From assembly GCF_000020025.1 (NCBI RefSeq), contig NC_010628.1, forward strand, positions 1,440,001 to 1,472,000: a stretch of 32,000 bases of DNA, given 5' to 3'. The notes under the pieces were generated by a model. It was not told where the DNA came from. It worked only from the letters and a program-made list of their open reading frames with translations, and did not search any database. Each line of letters starts with the position of its first letter. Positions within the stretch are counted from its first letter, which is position 1. The DNA is from Nostoc punctiforme PCC 73102 (GTDB lineage: Bacteria; Cyanobacteriota; Cyanobacteriia; Cyanobacteriales; Nostocaceae). The position numbers and the translations under genes are program-made. Below, in pieces: positions 28,805 through 32,000 of this stretch.

Positions 28805-29199
28805 TCGTCAACCTGGGTATATTCTTTGTAAGAAATCACCTTAGTACACCAATATTGACGGGCTTTCTTTCTGTAGCTGAAGATTCCCTTTTTTTAGTAC
28901 TGAGTGCTGTTAGGGGATAGCTAAGGTTTAGCCCGTGCTGAGTGCTGAGTTAGGAGTCAGAAGTTAGTATTTTTCCCCTGTGCCCCCTGCCCCCTGCCTC
29001 TTTTTCAATATTTCCTGACCTATGTCAGCATTTTTTGTTTTAAAAACCACTGAAAAAACGCATTTTCAGGTGATTGGCGATTTTTGGTCAATTTATTTTT
29101 GATTATTTACTGAGCTAATCTGCATTTGGGGTGTACTCTCAATATACGGTAACTATCACACTCGACCTTTGAGATAAATTACACCCAGAGGTGAATACC

Positions 29200-29856
29200 A
29201 TGAAAAATTATGCTGATAAGCAGGAATTTATATTAAGTCAAATCACAAACAAGTATTTTCAACGCCGAGATTTCAGTGGATGTGACTTGAGTGGAATTGA
29301 CCTAAAAGGAATTGATTTAAATGGTGTTAATTTCATCGGAGCAGATTTAAGGGGTGCAAATTTGTGTGGCTGTATTCTTACTCGTGCTAATTTAAGTGGT
29401 GCAAATTTGATGCAAGCTAGCTTACATGAAGCTAATCTGTATGAAGCCTCTTTGTGTGAAGCTAATTTGACTAATGCTGATTTAACACGAGCAAATTTGT
29501 GTGGAACTTTCTTATGGCGGGCGAAATTCACAGGTAGTAATCTTTGGGGTGCTTCTTTATGCGATGTAGATTTGAGAGAAGCAGACTTAAGTGAAGCCAA
29601 ATTAATTGAAGCATCATTGATTGAAGCTAACTTAGTTAGAGCAAATCTCACAGGGGCAAAGTTATGTGGAGCAAAATTACTAGAAGCTAATTTAACTGAG
29701 GCTAACTTAACTGGTGCAGATTTGACATGGGCAAATTTAACTAAGGCAAACTTGAGTCAAGCAAACCTTTGGGAGACAAACCTGATTTATGCGAGGTTCC
29801 GGGATACTATCATGCCTGATGGCACAATTAAACAACCTCAGATAGTTATTTATTAA
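29200..29856 (+). CDS. Pentapeptide-repeat protein
   Basis: About 35 consecutive A(D/N)LxG/A pentapeptides are present (ANLSGANLMQASLHEANLYEASLCEANLTNADLTRANL…). ATG 29200 is preferred over GTG 29191 because an extended SD agaggtga lies 8 nt upstream. Confidence 0.9.
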   Translation: MKNYADKQEFILSQITNKYFQRRDFSGCDLSGIDLKGIDLNGVNFIGADLRGANLCGCILTRANLSGANLMQASLHEANLYEASLCEANLTNADLTRANLCGTFLWRAKFTGSNLWGASLCDVDLREADLSEAKLIEASLIEANLVRANLTGAKLCGAKLLEANLTEANLTGADLTWANLTKANLSQANLWETNLIYARFRDTIMPDGTIKQPQIVIY

Positions 29857-30066
29857 TCAGAAGTAGCCCTGTTAAAGTGAGATAATCTTGTGATTTCGTT
29901 TCCATTCTCTATATGGGGGTTTCCTTTTAGCTGTAACCACAATTTTTTTTCAGCTTGGGTCATGATTTCACTTATGTTTATTTAGATATCGTCTTTTTTG
30001 CTTCACATTCCTGTTTTACATAAGAGTGAGTCTTATATAGCAGTTCTAAATCATTCGTAAAAAATT

Positions 30067-30099
30067 AAATCCCCGACTTCTTAAATAAGTCGGGGATTT
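30067..30099 (-). terminator. 13-bp perfect stem hairpin with a T-run on the minus strand (orphan intrinsic terminator)
   Basis: aaatccccgactt (30067-30079) pairs with aagtcggggattt (30087-30099) across a 7-nt loop. Read on the minus strand, the hairpin is followed by aatttttta (complement of 30058-30066). No U-run follows on the plus strand. Confidence 0.45.
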
Positions 30100-30345
30100 A
30101 GACAACGCAAATTTTCACAACTCATTTAGGATTGCTATAGCGTTTCTCGGTTGAGTCCAATACAGACCTAACCCCTAGCCCAAATGCTACAAGGGTTGGG
30201 GAGAGGTTCATCAAACTCACGTTAATTCAGTTAAAACTTGGTCAAAACTTGGGGTGCGGTACTTTATTTGCGTAACACACCCTATTTTCGTTGTATGTTT
30301 CTTAGGTACATCGAACTGCTCTTGTAAACTTATTGAGAATTAACT

Positions 30346-30750
30346 ATGGAACCTATTTCTCTGATTATTGCTGCTTTAGGTGCTGGTGCGATCGCGGCTG
30401 CTAAAGATACCGCCACAACAGCCGTGAAAGATACCTATCAAGGTTTGAAGGCTTTGATTAAAAAGAAGTTTGAAGGCGATGTTCTAGGAAAAGCGATGGT
30501 AGATGCCAAACCCGAAGAAATTAAGCAAGCTGAAGGTTTATTAAAAGACAAAATTACCAAAGCTGGTGCCGATAAAGATGCAGCAATTATTCAAGCGGCT
30601 CAAGAGTTACTTAATCAAGTCAAAGAACAGCCCGGTGGACAGCAGATTATTACCCAAAATATCAGTAATGTCAAATATGCCGCTACTTCTGGTTCTGGTA
30701 ATGCAAGTATTAGTGACATCAATGAACAAGGCACATCGAAAGAGAACTGA
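30346..30750 (+). CDS. Small helical protein with a hydrophobic Gly/Ala-rich N-terminal helix and a C-terminal Q/N/G-rich motif shared with the downstream STAND NTPase (Bell-domain/BASS-like effector candidate)
   Basis: The N-terminus is MEPISLIIAALGAGAIAAAKDTATTAVKDTYQGLKALIKKKF (a membrane-active-looking helix). The middle is Lys/Ala-rich and helical. The C-terminus QQIITQNISNVKYAATSGSGNASISDIN matches residues 9-31 of the next protein. Confidence 0.7.
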   Translation: MEPISLIIAALGAGAIAAAKDTATTAVKDTYQGLKALIKKKFEGDVLGKAMVDAKPEEIKQAEGLLKDKITKAGADKDAAIIQAAQELLNQVKEQPGGQQIITQNISNVKYAATSGSGNASISDINEQGTSKEN

Positions 30751-30781
30751 GACTGTAACTTAATTAATCAGGGTAGATGTT

Positions 30782-32000
30782 ATGTCTAAGCAAGGCGAGA
30801 TTCAACAAAGTGTTACAGAGAGTGAATACGCTGCTACCTCAGCGACTGGTAATGCAACTATCACTGTTACCAATTACTACTATCGAGAAGAAGCAAGATT
30901 AGTCGCTTCTGATTCTACCGACGCTGCTGATGAATCTCTCCCTTGTCCTTATCGCGGTTTGTTTCATTTTGGCCCCAATGATGCGGATATATTCTTTGGG
31001 CGGGAAATTTTTATCGAAGAACTTTATAGTGCAACTAAAACCCGGAATTTTATACCCGTATTGGGTGCATCGGGAAGCGGTAAATCTTCGGTGGTGTTGG
31101 CGGGGTTAGTCCCGAAGTTGCAAACAGCCGGAAATTGGCAGTTTACTCACTTTCGTCCTGGTGCTGATCCTTTTCATGCGTTGGCTGTAGCTTTAGTGCC
31201 ACTTTATACGCCTAATTTAGATGCAACTGACCAAATTGCCCAAGCCCGCAAGTTAGCTGGTTACTTGCAAGATGGCTCTATGCTGATCTCGGACGTTTTT
31301 GCTAAAATTCGGCAAAATCACCCTAATCAACGGGTGCTATTAATTGCTGACCAATTTGAAGAAATTTATACTCTCTGTCACCATCAGGAAACTCGCCATA
31401 AATTTCTTGATTGCTTATTAGCTAGTTTAGAAACTTCCTCTTCTCTATCTGCATCCGCTACGGTGTGGGTAACGACAATGCGGGCAGATTTTTTGGGAAA
31501 TGCTCTCTCCTATCGTCCCTTTGCGGATATCTTGCAAAATGCTGATGTGAAATTAGGGCCGATGAATCGGGAGGAATTAACACAAGTTATTGAAAAACCT
31601 GCCGAAAAATTAGGGGTGACATTTGCAAGCGGACTGGTAGAACGCATTTTAGAGGATGTGGAAAACCAGCCAGGAAATTTACCTCTGCTAGAGTTTGCTT
31701 TAACAGAGTTGTGGAATAAGCGCACGGGTAAACAATTAACTCACAAAATCTATGAAGAAATTGGTCAAGTAGAAGGTGCGTTAGCTCGTCATGCTGATGA
31801 AAAATATGGCAACTTGACAGAGGAGGAAAAAGAAAAAGTCCGGCGGATTTTTATTCAATTGGTGCGTCCGGGTGAGGGAACAGAAGATACTCGACGAGTG
31901 GCGATGAAGGCGGAATTGGGGGAGCAAAGCTGGGATTTGGTCAAACAATTAGCGGATGCTCGGTTGGTGGTGACAAGTCGCAATGCTACCAGTCAAGAAA
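30782..32000 (+). CDS. STAND (NACHT/NB-ARC-like) P-loop NTPase, N-terminal ~406 aa; continues beyond the window
   Basis: The frame is open from ATG 30782 to the window end and is absent from the track only because it has no stop. It contains PYRGLFHFGPNDADIFFGRE, the motif preceding the P-loop in cyanobacterial STAND/WD40 proteins. Walker A is GASGSGKSS and Walker B is LLIADQFEE. The winged-helix-like region is LPLLEFALTELW. The N-terminal QSVTESEYAATSATGNATITVTNYYY matches the upstream gene's C-terminus. Confidence 0.85.
   Translation, partial: MSKQGEIQQSVTESEYAATSATGNATITVTNYYYREEARLVASDSTDAADESLPCPYRGLFHFGPNDADIFFGREIFIEELYSATKTRNFIPVLGASGSGKSSVVLAGLVPKLQTAGNWQFTHFRPGADPFHALAVALVPLYTPNLDATDQIAQARKLAGYLQDGSMLISDVFAKIRQNHPNQRVLLIADQFEEIYTLCHHQETRHKFLDCLLASLETSSSLSASATVWVTTMRADFLGNALSYRPFADILQNADVKLGPMNREELTQVIEKPAEKLGVTFASGLVERILEDVENQPGNLPLLEFALTELWNKRTGKQLTHKIYEEIGQVEGALARHADEKYGNLTEEEKEKVRRIFIQLVRPGEGTEDTRRVAMKAELGEQSWDLVKQLADARLVVTSRNATSQE

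Noticed and set aside
28635-28844. 69-aa ORF downstream of the TpsB gene
   Set aside because: It spans the right end of a MITE and a palindromic dispersed repeat. Its translation (…ASRREVETR…) is the typical read-through of the cgcgtagcgtctcg repeat, not a gene.

Overview
This 32-kb window looks like chromosomal DNA from a filamentous (Nostocales-type) cyanobacterium. The evidence is a high density of HIP1 octamers (GCGATCGC), MITEs and small dispersed repeats, and typical gene families (LRR/ROCO, CHAT, RTX-like, pentapeptide and STAND proteins). No database or folding tools were available, so all calls rest on reading the sequence and the supplied ORF track.

Layout:
- 1-861: internally deleted IS element with intact terminal inverted repeats.
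- ~920-4770: the most unusual locus. A Ro60/Rsr-like TROVE+vWA protein gene (3337-4770) is preceded by ~2.3 kb holding five modules with a conserved Y-RNA-like closing helix, two of which carry internal tRNA-like domains. The same stretch holds two tRNA/tmRNA-like acceptor/T-arm domains with G3:U70 pairs, plus interleaved ORFs with very strong Shine-Dalgarno (SD) sites.
- 4947-5290: transposase and HigB-like remnants.
- 5546-10681: a three-gene sensory module (PhnD-like binding protein, hybrid histidine kinase with two receivers, receiver-histidine kinase).
- 10968-14525: a 1185-aa LRR-Roc-COR-TIR (ROCO-TIR) protein containing a perfect 69-bp tandem duplication.
- 14799-17752: housekeeping-type genes (VOC, dienelactone hydrolase, sulfonate-type binding protein) and a MITE with a target-site duplication (TSD).
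- 19000-21153: RTX-type calcium-binding repeat protein.
- 21383-28506: a divergent two-partner-secretion pair. A 1704-aa ORF reads in frame through glycosyltransferase-2, an internal signal peptide, a TPS/hemagglutinin beta-helix and a C-terminal CHAT protease. Its TpsB (ShlB/FhaC-type) partner lies opposite.
- 29200-29856: pentapeptide-repeat protein.
- 30346-32000: a small helical protein and the start of a STAND NTPase. They share a ~23-aa Q/N/G-rich motif (C-terminus of the first, N-terminus of the second), which is the architecture of NLR-associated amyloid signalling (Bell/BASS-like).

The best candidates for an undescribed system are the Ro/Y-RNA/tRNA-mimic array, followed by the Bell/BASS-STAND pair, the ROCO-TIR protein and the GT2-TpsA-CHAT fusion.
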